Assembly: GCA_963611685.1 (NCBI GenBank)
Contig: CAVDSU010000001.1
Span: forward strand, 33,629 to 95,234
Direction of reading: 5' to 3'
DNA from: a bacterium
Lineage (GTDB): Bacteria > Verrucomicrobiota > Lentisphaeria > Oligosphaerales > Oligosphaeraceae
Length of the DNA: 61,606 bases
The position numbers were made by a program, and so were the translations under genes. This document shows positions 1-9,281 of the stretch, piece after piece. Every line of letters begins with the position of its first letter. The stretch's first letter is position 1. The notes beneath the pieces were generated by a model. That model worked only from the letters and a program-made list of their open reading frames with translations. It was not told the origin of the DNA and ran no database searches.

Positions 1-48
1 CGGCGTCAGCCGTTTCCGTGCCTTCCGTGGTTTAGGAGGGTTGCCGCG

Positions 49-1539
49 CTACTCGAAGTTCCGCAACCGGCACTTCCGGAGGATGCGCCAGTAGCCCTGT
101 CGCGCGGTGCCCACCCGTTCGATGGCGTGAAACTCGTCCCGGAGGCGTCTCAGGCGTCGTTGCACGACGGCTCGGCTCACATGCAGGAGGTCCGCCAGTT
201 CGTCGGTGCCTTGATAGGCATTCAGGATCAGCAACCGCACCACATCCTGCAGGCCAAGCGGGAGATCCAGCGGCTCCTCCTCTGGATCCTCGGCACGATC
301 CTCCTCCTCCGGCGTGGGCTCCTCTCGGCAGACGAGAGGCGTGGGGGGCTTCGCGTCCACAGCAGCGCGGCAGACATTCGCGCGCACGGCCTGGCCCGCA
401 TCCTCGAGAGCAAGCGGTGGCAGACCATATTCCTCGAGGGCCCTTTTCACGCGTAGAAGTCCGCTCCCCCACTCCTCCATGAAATGCATATAGCTAAGGC
501 ATCGTGACAGAATCGGATTGCGCGGCTTGGAATACCCACCCTGCGCACGCTCCACAGTCTGTCCACGGGGCAATCCGCCAGGAGAAGTGATCTCCACACG
601 GTCATCGTAGACACAGAGGAAAACCGGTTCGTCATGATTGAGATAGCTTCTGTGCGCAAACGCATTGACTACCAACTCCCGAAGTTCATCCAAGGGAAGC
701 TCGTAGTTGTCTTGACGAAAGGTCCCATGGAAACTGCATCCCATGTTAATTTTTGCCATGAGATAAGCACTTCCCTGGTCAATCAACTCGGGCACGCTTC
801 CCACGAATTCCCGCCGATCCACAAAGACCGCCCGGCTGTCATTCCGGAACACTGCGCACTTCAGGCGAGTTGCGAAAGCAGGATCTCCCGTAAGGAGGGC
901 GTATGTATTCGAGCCGATCCATCGATCACCCTTTCTGGCGATGACGCCCCATGCCTCCAATTGGGCAGGGGTCAAATGCTTCATGCCTCGCCGCACAATG
1001 TCATTCGTACAATTCGTCAAGGCGAGATGCTCCATGCTTTCGCAGAGTGACTGGACACGCGACTCGTCGATTTTGGCGGCGGGGCATAGCTCGCCATCAC
1101 AGCTCTGCCCCGTGCCTAGCAGAAAGAGCTCCCTGCGCGTCGCGTCATCCGCGCGTTGCGTCGTGGCGCCAACGCGGATATAGACGCCATCGCGTTCCCC
1201 CTCGTCCCGCAGGAAATAGGGACAGTTCCTGCCGGCCATGATCTCCAGCACAATGACATACTTCCCCTGGACATTCTCGATTCCGAGATCCAGGGTGATG
1301 CGAAGCGCGCAACGCCGGGTGATGGCGTCCGCAATTTCGTCCATCATGGCATGCACGCGATCCTTGTCGATGCCCTGGACCGTCCGGTCGTTGGCCACGC
1401 CAAAGAGGATGCGCCCGCCCCTGCCATTTGCGAAGGCCACCACGGTCTTCAGATACTTGGACTGCTCCTGATTGGGGAACAGCTTGAATTCCAGGGCATT
1501 CGATTCGCCCTGCGCAATTTCGTCCAGGAGACTGCTCAT
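49..1539 (-). CDS. AlbA_2 (Schlafen-like) + HATPase_c_4-like + C-terminal winged-HTH putative DNA-binding regulator
   Basis: Track ORF 49..1872(-). Start trimmed to ATG at 1539 (MSSLLDEIAQGESNALEFK...) because the upstream 111 codons are not protein-like. N-terminal AlbA_2 signature (ALEFK...VVAFANGRGGRILFGV). Central HATPase_c_4-like block (LVVNAFAHRSY...ITSPGGLP...RNPILSRCL...EEWGSGLLRV). Acidic linker, then C-terminal HTH (LADLLHVSRAVVQRRLRRL). Confidence 0.8.
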   Translation of the reverse strand: MSSLLDEIAQGESNALEFKLFPNQEQSKYLKTVVAFANGRGGRILFGVANDRTVQGIDKDRVHAMMDEIADAITRRCALRITLDLGIENVQGKYVIVLEIMAGRNCPYFLRDEGERDGVYIRVGATTQRADDATRRELFLLGTGQSCDGELCPAAKIDESRVQSLCESMEHLALTNCTNDIVRRGMKHLTPAQLEAWGVIARKGDRWIGSNTYALLTGDPAFATRLKCAVFRNDSRAVFVDRREFVGSVPELIDQGSAYLMAKINMGCSFHGTFRQDNYELPLDELRELVVNAFAHRSYLNHDEPVFLCVYDDRVEITSPGGLPRGQTVERAQGGYSKPRNPILSRCLSYMHFMEEWGSGLLRVKRALEEYGLPPLALEDAGQAVRANVCRAAVDAKPPTPLVCREEPTPEEEDRAEDPEEEPLDLPLGLQDVVRLLILNAYQGTDELADLLHVSRAVVQRRLRRLRDEFHAIERVGTARQGYWRILRKCRLRNFE

Positions 1540-2068
1540 TCTTCCACTCCAAAGGGTCGAATTACACCTTCCCCAACCTAGGGCGCGCCACCGCGGTCCC
1601 CGATATACGACAGACAGTTGGAGGTCAGAAAAACGAGCCATGTCACCCAAAATAACGCCACAGCATCCCGAAGGGGGAGAGCTGTCCTGCCGTGGCGCAA
1701 AAATAGCACGCCGCACACAAATGGCGACACCGCCCTCCGCACTTTCCACAACTTTCCCCCAAAATTCTACTCCATAGAACAAACCGCGCACAACATGACA
1801 AAATTCGATATCCGTATCTTTGCAAGTGTGCGAATTTTGGCAAATTCCCTCCCTCCACGGTGAAAATTGCATTTTTTTGCGCCGGCGGGTCCGTGCCCTC
1901 CACCGTGTAGCAGAGATCCACCATGCCCTTCCAGGGAAAGCGGGGTTTATGCGCGGCCCCCGATCCCCCGCTCATCCGACGCCCCCGCGCCACAGGGAAG
2001 CGCGCAGAGGAAGCGTGCCAGGAGCATGCCAAGAAGATACGTTCCGCAAAACTTCATATCCTGCCATC

Positions 2069-2218
2069 TCATTGTCCCAAAAGGAATTTCCACACAGGGA
2101 TCACCGAAATATCGCCGGGGAGTTCCGCTTCATCATCCCAAGCAACGATAACCCGGTCCTTCACCTTCAGGGCCTCAGCGGCGTCGCGCAGCGCGGTGCC
2201 CACCCGTTCGAAGGTATT
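2069..2218 (-). pseudogene. start-less gene fragment (C-terminal remnant of an unrecognised protein)
   Basis: The minus-strand frame reads NTFERVGTALRDAAEALKVKDRVIVAWDDEAELPGDISVIPVWKFLLGQ-stop with protein-like composition. An in-frame TAG lies immediately upstream and there is no start codon. It shares an exact 21-nt stretch (2191..2211) with the 3' end of the AlbA_2 gene (102..122). Confidence 0.3.
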
Positions 2219-2240
2219 CTAGCTCCCCCAAATGCCACCC

Positions 2241-2340
2241 GCAAACCAAGATGGCCAGCATTGGCGGCCAAGCATTGCAAAAGATGGCCAGCAGTGGCGG
2301 CCAAGTATTGCAAAAGATGGCCAGATTGGCGGCCATCTTT
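2241..2340. repeat. about 3 copies of a ~33-bp tandem repeat (GCAAAAGATGGCCAGCAGTGGCGGCCAAGTATT-like)
   Basis: Direct reading gives copies at about 2241-2276, 2277-2309 and 2310-2340. GGCCA boxes recur at alternating ~13/20-bp spacing. The last copy forms the palindrome AAAGATGGCC-N8-GGCCATCTTT followed by TT. Confidence 0.9.
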
Positions 2341-2613
2341 TTGGGGACCGCTGGCAAGCCGTGCGGTCCATGCCTGTCTTGTGGGGCATGGCGCCTGCGG
2401 TCCTTTGCGGGGTGCGTATCCGTTATGGTGGGATAGGAAATATATGGGAAGGTGCCGGGGGGTCTTTTAGGGTCCTGTACGCAGGTTATATTACGTGGCT
2501 TTTCCTTTGTGTGGCAGTGCCGCGGGCGGTTTTCCCTTCTCGCCCCTTATTTTTTGGCGCCGCACCTCCCCCTTTCCCACGACACCGTTTTTTTTCATAT
2601 TCAGGAGACGACC

Positions 2614-3879
2614 ATGTCAACCGCGACTGAGCCCCTTCCCGGCACTTCGGACATTTGGGAGCCGGAGGTATTCGGGTGGGTGGATTTGGAATCCATCACC
2701 CGCGACATTTTCGGACGCTACGGCTACCAGGAGCTTCGCACCCCGGTCTTTGAGCGCACGGAGGTCTTCGTCCGGAACCTGGGCAACGAGACGGACGTGG
2801 TTCAGAAGGAGATGTACACCTTCGAGGACCGCGGCGGCCGTTCGCTGACCCTGCGTCCCGAGGGCACTGCGGGCGTGATGCGTGCGGTGGCGAACCTGGG
2901 TCTTGGGCCGGGCGAGGAGTGCCGTGTCTTCTACATGGGTCCGATGTTCCGCGGCGAGCGTCCCTCGGCGGGTCGCAAGCGCCAGTTCCACCAGGTCGGC
3001 GTGGAGGCCGTGGGCTGCCACTCCCCGTGGATGGACGCGGAGGTCATCGCCATGCTGGTGCACTACCTGGAGGCGCTCGGCATCCAGGGTCCGAAGGTCA
3101 TGATCAACTCGCGGGGTCTTCCCGAGGACCGTCCTGCGGTTGCCGAGGCATTGCGGGAGTACTTCCGCCCCCACCTGTCGGAGATGTGTGACGACTGCCG
3201 CCGCCGCTTCGAGACCAATGTGTGGCGCATGCTGGACTGCAAGCAGGAGGTCTGCCACAACCTGGCGCTGAATGCGCCGAAGATCGCGGATCTGCTGGGC
3301 GAGGAGTCCAAGGAGTACTTCCATCGCGTCTGCGAGGGCCTTGACCGCCTGGGCATTTCCTACGAGATCAACCCGCGCCTGGTCCGCGGACTGGACTACT
3401 ACGTGCACACCGTCTTCGAAATCACGCACCCGGCGCTGGGCAGCGAGGACGCCATTGCGGGTGGCGGCCGCTACCGCATGGTCATGCCCGGCACCACGAC
3501 GCCCATTGAGGGCATCGGCTTTGCCGCGGGCGTGGAGCGTCTCCTCATGACCCGGGCGGGCCTGGGCATCGCCCCCAAGGCGCGCCCCGCCGCAGACACC
3601 TTCCTGATTGCCGCAGGCGCCGAGGCCATCCCGGCGGCATTGCAGCTGGCCGGCGAGCTGCGCCGACAGGGCGTGGGCGGCCGTGTGATCGCGGACGTCA
3701 CGGGCCGTTCCATGAAGGCGCAGTTCCGTTCTGCCAACAAATCCGGCGCCAGCCGGGTGCTGATCCTGGGCGAGAACGAGCTCGCCAAGGGCACCGTGGT
3801 GCTCAAGCGGATGTCCGACAGCTCCCAGACAGAGATCCCCCGCGACCAGGTGGTCGCCGTCCTGCGAGACCAGAATTAG
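2614..3879 (+). CDS. hisS: histidine--tRNA ligase
   Basis: Track ORF 2452..3879. Start trimmed to ATG 2614, preceded by AGGAGA (2603-2608). Class II aaRS/HisRS blocks present (LRTPVFE, LTLRPEGTAGVMR, GGGRY) plus a C-terminal anticodon-binding domain. Confidence 0.95.
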   Translation: MSTATEPLPGTSDIWEPEVFGWVDLESITRDIFGRYGYQELRTPVFERTEVFVRNLGNETDVVQKEMYTFEDRGGRSLTLRPEGTAGVMRAVANLGLGPGEECRVFYMGPMFRGERPSAGRKRQFHQVGVEAVGCHSPWMDAEVIAMLVHYLEALGIQGPKVMINSRGLPEDRPAVAEALREYFRPHLSEMCDDCRRRFETNVWRMLDCKQEVCHNLALNAPKIADLLGEESKEYFHRVCEGLDRLGISYEINPRLVRGLDYYVHTVFEITHPALGSEDAIAGGGRYRMVMPGTTTPIEGIGFAAGVERLLMTRAGLGIAPKARPAADTFLIAAGAEAIPAALQLAGELRRQGVGGRVIADVTGRSMKAQFRSANKSGASRVLILGENELAKGTVVLKRMSDSSQTEIPRDQVVAVLRDQN

Positions 3880-3967
3880 CCGCGCACCGTCCTTCTCCCC
3901 CCCTTTTTCCTTACCTTTTCCATCCCCCTCAAACTGCGGCGTCTTTTTTTACCATCGCCGAACCTCC

Positions 3968-5755
3968 ATGGGCTATCGCACACACACCTGCAACGAACTG
4001 AACCTGAGCAACCTGAATCAGGAAGTGACCCTCTGCGGCTGGGTGAATTCCAGCCGCAACCTAGGCGGAATGCTTTTCGTGGACCTGCGCGACCGCGAGG
4101 GCATCACGCAGCTCGTGGTGGATCCGGCGGCGACTCCGGAGCTCTTCGAGCAAGCGAAGCCGTTGCGTGAGGAGTGGGTGATCCAGGCCACGGGCGTTGT
4201 GCGTGCGCGTCCTGAGAACATGGTGAATGCCAAGCGTGCCACGGGAGCGGTGGAGGTCTTGTTGAAGGGCCTGAAGGTATTGAACCAGGCGGCGCCCATG
4301 CCGTATCACCTGGAGGATCCCGCGGCCTCCGACGACCTGAAGCTGAAGTACCGCTATTTGGACATGCGCCGCAGCGGCCTGTTGCACAACCTGAAGGTGC
4401 GCCACCAGATCACCCAGGTCATGCGCCGGATCTTCGACCAGGAGGGCTTCATCGAAGTGGAGACCCCCATCCTGACCAAGTCCACTCCCGAGGGCGCCCG
4501 TGACTACCTGATTCCCAGCCGCATGAAGGTGGGCGCCTTCTACGCCCTGCCCCAGAGCCCCCAGCAGTACAAGCAGCTCCTCATGGTGGGCGGCGTGGAA
4601 AAATACTTCCAGATCGCACGATGCTTCCGCGACGAGGACCTGCGCGCCGACCGCCAGCCCGAGTTCACCCAGATCGACCTGGAGATGAGCTTTGTGGAGG
4701 AGGAGGACGTGCAGCGCGTCACCGAGAAGCTCCTGGTGGCCGTCATGAAGGAGGTCAAGGGCATGGACATCCCGGCGCCCTTCCCCCGCATGACCTGGCT
4801 GGACGCCATGACCCACTACGGCTCCGACAAGCCCGACACCCGCTTCGGCCTGGAAATGCAGAACCTGACCAAGCTCTTCGCCGACACCGCCTTCCAGCCC
4901 TTCCAGGCGGCACTCTCCCAGAATGGCACCATCGAGGGACTGAACGCCAAGGGCCTGGCGGAATCCACGAGCCGCAAGGCGCTGGACCAGCTGACCGCCT
5001 CTGCGCGCCTCATGGGCGCCTCCGGCCTGGTGTATCTGAAGGTCGCCGCCGATGGCAGCCTGACGGGCCCCGCCGCGAAGTTCCTGAACGAGAGCGAAGT
5101 CGCTCGCCTGAAGGAGTCCCTGAATGCCGAGCCCGGCGACCTGTTGTTGCTGGTGGCCGACCGTTCTTTCCGCGTGGCGTGCTTCGCCCTGGGCCGCGTG
5201 CGCCTGGACGTGGCCGAGGCGCACAATCTGATCCCCGAAGGAAAGTTCAATTTCCTCTGGATCACCGAATTCCCCCTCTTCGACTGGGACTACGAGGAGC
5301 AGCGCTGGGTCGCCGAGCACCATCCCTTCACCCGCCCCATGGACGAGGATCTGCCCCTGCTGCAGACCGAGCCCGGAAAAGTCCGTGCCCGCGCCTACGA
5401 CGTCATCCTCAACGGCGTCGAGCTGGGCGGCGGCTCCATCCGCATCCACGAGCCCGCGCTGCAGGCCACCATGTTCAAGACCCTGGGCATCTCCGACGAG
5501 TCCGCCCGCCACCGTTTCGGGCATCTGCTGGACGCCTTCTCCTTCGGCGCACCGCCCCACGGCGGCCTGGCCCTGGGACACGACCGGCTGGTCATGCTGC
5601 TGCTGGGCCTCAAGTCCATCCGCGACACCATCGCCTTCCCGAAGACCGCCAAGGCGGCGTGCCTCATGATGGATTCCCCCAGCACCGACGTGGATCCCAA
5701 GCAGCTCCAGGAGCTGAATCTGGCCATCCTGGGCCAGCCCGGCCAGGAAGAATAG
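3968..5755 (+). CDS. aspS: aspartate--tRNA ligase
   Basis: 595 aa. N-terminal OB fold, class IIb motifs (FRDEDLRADRQPEFTQID, GGGSIRIH, GLALGHDRLVM) and the bacterial insertion domain. Confidence 0.95.
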   Translation: MGYRTHTCNELNLSNLNQEVTLCGWVNSSRNLGGMLFVDLRDREGITQLVVDPAATPELFEQAKPLREEWVIQATGVVRARPENMVNAKRATGAVEVLLKGLKVLNQAAPMPYHLEDPAASDDLKLKYRYLDMRRSGLLHNLKVRHQITQVMRRIFDQEGFIEVETPILTKSTPEGARDYLIPSRMKVGAFYALPQSPQQYKQLLMVGGVEKYFQIARCFRDEDLRADRQPEFTQIDLEMSFVEEEDVQRVTEKLLVAVMKEVKGMDIPAPFPRMTWLDAMTHYGSDKPDTRFGLEMQNLTKLFADTAFQPFQAALSQNGTIEGLNAKGLAESTSRKALDQLTASARLMGASGLVYLKVAADGSLTGPAAKFLNESEVARLKESLNAEPGDLLLLVADRSFRVACFALGRVRLDVAEAHNLIPEGKFNFLWITEFPLFDWDYEEQRWVAEHHPFTRPMDEDLPLLQTEPGKVRARAYDVILNGVELGGGSIRIHEPALQATMFKTLGISDESARHRFGHLLDAFSFGAPPHGGLALGHDRLVMLLLGLKSIRDTIAFPKTAKAACLMMDSPSTDVDPKQLQELNLAILGQPGQEE

Positions 5756-5759
5756 CGCC

Positions 5760-7334
5760 ATGTCGGCGGGCATCCGGTCCTCTCTCCTGCGTCATCCGCT
5801 GGCATTTCTGGCGGCGATATTTCTTCTGGCGGGGCAATTCGCCCTGTCGGCGGGAGAGATCCGGGTGCGGGTGTTGCACACCAGCGACCTGCATGGCGCC
5901 CTGGAGGCTCGTCCCGAGGAGGGGGAATCGGGTCTCCTTCGGGTCGCCACGCGCATAAGGCAGGCATACGCGGAGGCCCCGGAGGGCCACGCATTGCTAT
6001 TGGATACGGGGGACACCTTCCAGGGCTCCCTGGCCTCCGGACTGGACAACGGGAGGCCCATGCTGTCCTGGCTGGACGCCCTCCCCTACGACGCCTGGAT
6101 TCCCGGGAACCACGACTTCGACTTCGGCTACGGCGCCTTTCTGGAGGCCGCGCAGCGTCTCCAGGGAAAGATCTTATGCGGGAACCTTCATATGCGGGAG
6201 GGCGCGGGGGAGCGGGACTACCCCTCCTGGCGTCTCTTCCCCTTCGGCGACGCCAAGATTGCGGTGATTGGCGCGACTGCCTCCTACATGCCGAACTGGT
6301 TCCTGGACTTTCCGCAGCACTTCCGCACGGAATCCCTGCGCGCGATGTTGCGGCGGATCATGCCGGAGGTCCTCGCCAGCGAGCCCCACGCCATCATCCT
6401 GGCGGTGCACCAGGGCTGGATGGAGAAGGACGCCCGCGGCGTCAACGAGCTCAAGGGCCTCCCGCGGGAATTTCCGGAGATTGACCTGGTGCTGGGCGGG
6501 CATACCCACCGGACCTTCCCCGGCCGCACCATCGGCGTAAACACCTGGTATGAACAGCCCGCCTCCGGGGGGAAGTATTTTGGGCAGATTGATCTATGGA
6601 TCGATCCCGCCGAACGGCGGGTGACGCATCTGGAATCCCGCCTTGTGGAGACTCCCGCCGAGACCCCGGAGGATCCGGAGGCGAAGGCGGCGCTTTCGCC
6701 GTGGCTCATGCGAGCGGCGGAGCTCTCGCGGGAGGTCCTCGCGCCCGCATTGCCAAAGGCCCTCACGGCGAAGGGTCGCCCCGGCGTGGACTGCGCCGCC
6801 AGCGAGCTACTCTGCCAAGCGATGTCGGAGGCCACGGGCGCCGAATTGGCCCTCCATGGCGTCCTCGCCCGCGAGGAGATCCCGGGCGGAATCCCGCTGA
6901 CCCGCCGGGAGCTCCACGCACTGGTCCCCTACGAAAACACCATCGTCGTCTGCCAGGTGACCGCCGGGGAGCTCCAGCAGATTCTGGAAGAGCAGTGGAC
7001 CTTGCGGAAGCACTCCTCCTACAGCGGCCTCTATGGCGTGGAGGCCACCATGGACCGCGAGGGACACTGCCAGATCCATTCCCTTGCGGGAGAATCCCCC
7101 GTGCCTGGCAGGCGCTACTCCCTCGCCCTGAACTCCCACGAAGCCGCCGGAAGCGGCCGCACCCCCGTGCTCCGGCGAATCCTGGATGCCGCCGAGAGCC
7201 AGACGCGAGACACGGAGATCTCCACCCGCCAGGCGGCACTGCAGTGGTTCCAGAGCCACCCCGGGGAACTCCCGCGCGTCAAGGCGTGGTTGCGGGTCCC
7301 CGGGAACTCCCGCAAGAAAACCGTCAAGCCATGA
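5760..7334 (+). CDS. secreted bifunctional metallophosphatase/5'-nucleotidase-like protein
   Basis: N-terminal signal-like segment (LAFLAAIFLLAGQFALSAG). Calcineurin-like phosphoesterase motifs DLHG, GDTFQG, GNHDFD and GGHTH. C-terminal 5'-nucleotidase-type substrate-binding half. Confidence 0.85.
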   Translation: MSAGIRSSLLRHPLAFLAAIFLLAGQFALSAGEIRVRVLHTSDLHGALEARPEEGESGLLRVATRIRQAYAEAPEGHALLLDTGDTFQGSLASGLDNGRPMLSWLDALPYDAWIPGNHDFDFGYGAFLEAAQRLQGKILCGNLHMREGAGERDYPSWRLFPFGDAKIAVIGATASYMPNWFLDFPQHFRTESLRAMLRRIMPEVLASEPHAIILAVHQGWMEKDARGVNELKGLPREFPEIDLVLGGHTHRTFPGRTIGVNTWYEQPASGGKYFGQIDLWIDPAERRVTHLESRLVETPAETPEDPEAKAALSPWLMRAAELSREVLAPALPKALTAKGRPGVDCAASELLCQAMSEATGAELALHGVLAREEIPGGIPLTRRELHALVPYENTIVVCQVTAGELQQILEEQWTLRKHSSYSGLYGVEATMDREGHCQIHSLAGESPVPGRRYSLALNSHEAAGSGRTPVLRRILDAAESQTRDTEISTRQAALQWFQSHPGELPRVKAWLRVPGNSRKKTVKP

Positions 7335-8455
7335 GCGAATTTCCCTCCGAACCTGAAATCCATCGCATCCCCACCCGAAAGATCCGCGTGGGGTCTTTGG
7401 CCATCGGCGGCGACGCCCCGGTGGTGGTGCAGTCCATGTGCAACACTCCCACCGGCGACGTGGAGGCGACCCTCGCGCAGATCCGCCGCCTGGCGGATGC
7501 GGGTTGCCAGCTCGTGCGCGTGGCGCTCCCCAGCGTGCGGGAGATCCCCGCCTTGGAGGAGCTCTCCCGCACCAGCCCGCTGCCGGTGGTGGCGGACATC
7601 CACTTCGATGGGCGACTGGCCGTGAAGGCGCTGGAGGCCGGAGTCCAGGGCATCCGCGTGAATCCCGGGAACATCCCGGATGGCGACGCCCTGCGGGAGG
7701 CCGCGCGGATTGCTTCATTCCGTGGCCAGGCGGTGCGCGTGGGAGTGAATCTGGGGAGCCTCTCCCCCCGCGCCAAGGAAAAATACGGCGCCACCGCGCA
7801 GGCGATGGTGGAGAGCGCCCGGGAATACCTGGGGCTCTTTGAGGATGCGGGCTGCCAGAACCTGAAGGTGAGCCTGAAGGCCTCCGGCATTCCGCTGACC
7901 CTCCAGGCGTGCCGACTCTTCCGCACCCTCTCCCCCTGGCCACTCCACTTGGGACTCACCGAGGCCGGCACCCCCGCACAAGGCATCCTGAAATCCGCCA
8001 TCACCCTGGGATGCCTGCTCCTCGAGGGCATCGGCGACACCATCCGCGTCTCCCTCACCGCGCCCCCCGAAGAGGAGATCACCGCCGCCTTCCGCATCCT
8101 GGACGCACTGGGCATGCGCCCCGGACGCCCCCAGCTGGTGGCATGCCCCACCTGCGGACGCACCCGCATCGCCCTCATCCCCCTGGCAACCCGCGTGGAG
8201 GCCGCCATCAACCGCCTCCTGGCAAAGGGATACGCGCTTCCGTTGAAAAAGGTCGCCGTCATGGGCTGCCCCGTCAACGGCCCCGGCGAAGCCGCCGATG
8301 CGGACCTGGGCATTGCCGGCGGCATGGGAAAGGGCGTCCTTTTCCGCAAGGGACAAACCCAGGAGACCCTCCCTGAAAGCCAGCTCCTTCCGGCGCTGTT
8401 GCGAGAGCTGGAAAAGGCCGCCGGCGCGCCCCCGGGAACCGCCGACGAGACCTAG
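7331..8455 (+). CDS. ispG: 4-hydroxy-3-methylbut-2-en-1-yl diphosphate synthase (GcpE/IspG)
   Basis: Track ORF 6596..8455 is 5'-extended across the previous gene. The real start is ATG 7331, overlapping the upstream stop (ATGA). Sequence MSEFPSEPEIHRIPTRKIRVGSLAIGGDAPVVVQSM..., with C-terminal Fe-S cysteines (CPTCGR, GCPVNGPGEA). Confidence 0.9.
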   Translation: MSEFPSEPEIHRIPTRKIRVGSLAIGGDAPVVVQSMCNTPTGDVEATLAQIRRLADAGCQLVRVALPSVREIPALEELSRTSPLPVVADIHFDGRLAVKALEAGVQGIRVNPGNIPDGDALREAARIASFRGQAVRVGVNLGSLSPRAKEKYGATAQAMVESAREYLGLFEDAGCQNLKVSLKASGIPLTLQACRLFRTLSPWPLHLGLTEAGTPAQGILKSAITLGCLLLEGIGDTIRVSLTAPPEEEITAAFRILDALGMRPGRPQLVACPTCGRTRIALIPLATRVEAAINRLLAKGYALPLKKVAVMGCPVNGPGEAADADLGIAGGMGKGVLFRKGQTQETLPESQLLPALLRELEKAAGAPPGTADET

Positions 8456-8588
8456 CGACAGCCCACGCCAAATCCCGTCCGGGCCTGTCAGCTCAGGCTA
8501 TATTAAGACACTTTTTTCTCCGGCGCGCCACAAGGCCGCCGGATTTCTCCTCCCTCCCCTCCCCCGCAACCTACTAGGAAACACCACC

Positions 8589-9251
8589 ATGTCCAAGGCA
8601 TACATCTTCCTGGGCGCTCCCGGCGCCGGCAAGGGCACTCTTGGCGACATCTTCTGCGCAAAGACCAACGTGATCCACATCTCCACCGGACAGCTGCTGC
8701 GCGACGAAATGGCCGCCGGCACCGAGCTGGGCAAGACCGTGAAGGAGCTCATCGCCTCCGGCGCCCTGGTCTCCGACGAAATCGTCACCGCCATGGTGGA
8801 CAACCGCCTGGCCAAGGACGACGCCAAGGCCCGCGGCGTCATGCTGGACGGCTACCCCCGCACCAGCGCCCAGGCCGAGAGCCTCACCGCCATCCTGGCC
8901 AAGCACGGCTACGAGACCGGCGTGGCCGTCCTGGTGGACACTCCCCGGGAGCTGCTCATGCAGCGCCTGACTGGCCGCCGCCTCTGCTCCAACAAGGCCT
9001 GCGGCGCCAGCTACAACGTCTTCACCGCACCGTCCGCCAAGGAGGGCGTCTGCGACAAGTGCGGCAGCGCGCTGATCCAGCGTGCCGACGACACCGAGGA
9101 GACTGCGGTGAACCGCCTGAAGATCTACGACACCCAGACCGCCCCCGTCATCGAATACTACCGCAACCGCGGCGAGCTGAAGATCTCCCCCAACGGCGAC
9201 GCGCCCATCGAGGTAAACTACGCCAACCTGGAGAAGGTCCTGGGCCTCTAG
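8589..9251 (+). CDS. adk: adenylate kinase (zinc-lid type)
   Basis: Track ORF 8298..9251 trimmed to ATG 8589. P-loop GAPGAGKGT. Lid with CSNKACG...CDKCG. Confidence 0.95.
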   Translation: MSKAYIFLGAPGAGKGTLGDIFCAKTNVIHISTGQLLRDEMAAGTELGKTVKELIASGALVSDEIVTAMVDNRLAKDDAKARGVMLDGYPRTSAQAESLTAILAKHGYETGVAVLVDTPRELLMQRLTGRRLCSNKACGASYNVFTAPSAKEGVCDKCGSALIQRADDTEETAVNRLKIYDTQTAPVIEYYRNRGELKISPNGDAPIEVNYANLEKVLGL

Positions 9252-9281
9252 CCAGAACCAAGAACGGAGGCATCCGATTCC

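Noticed and set aside
1947-2057. 36-codon minus-strand ORF (MKFCGTYLLGMLLARFLCALPCGAGASDERGIGGRA) right after the gene fragment, a possible small hydrophobic toxin or signal-peptide remnant
   Set aside because: It has no RBS and no conservation evidence. It is short enough to arise by chance in a decayed region, so I kept it only as part of the degraded-spacer observation.
2241-2340. Possible mini-CRISPR array
   Set aside because: The ~33-bp units are directly abutting with no unique spacers, there are only about three copies, and there are no cas genes. It is a plain tandem repeat.
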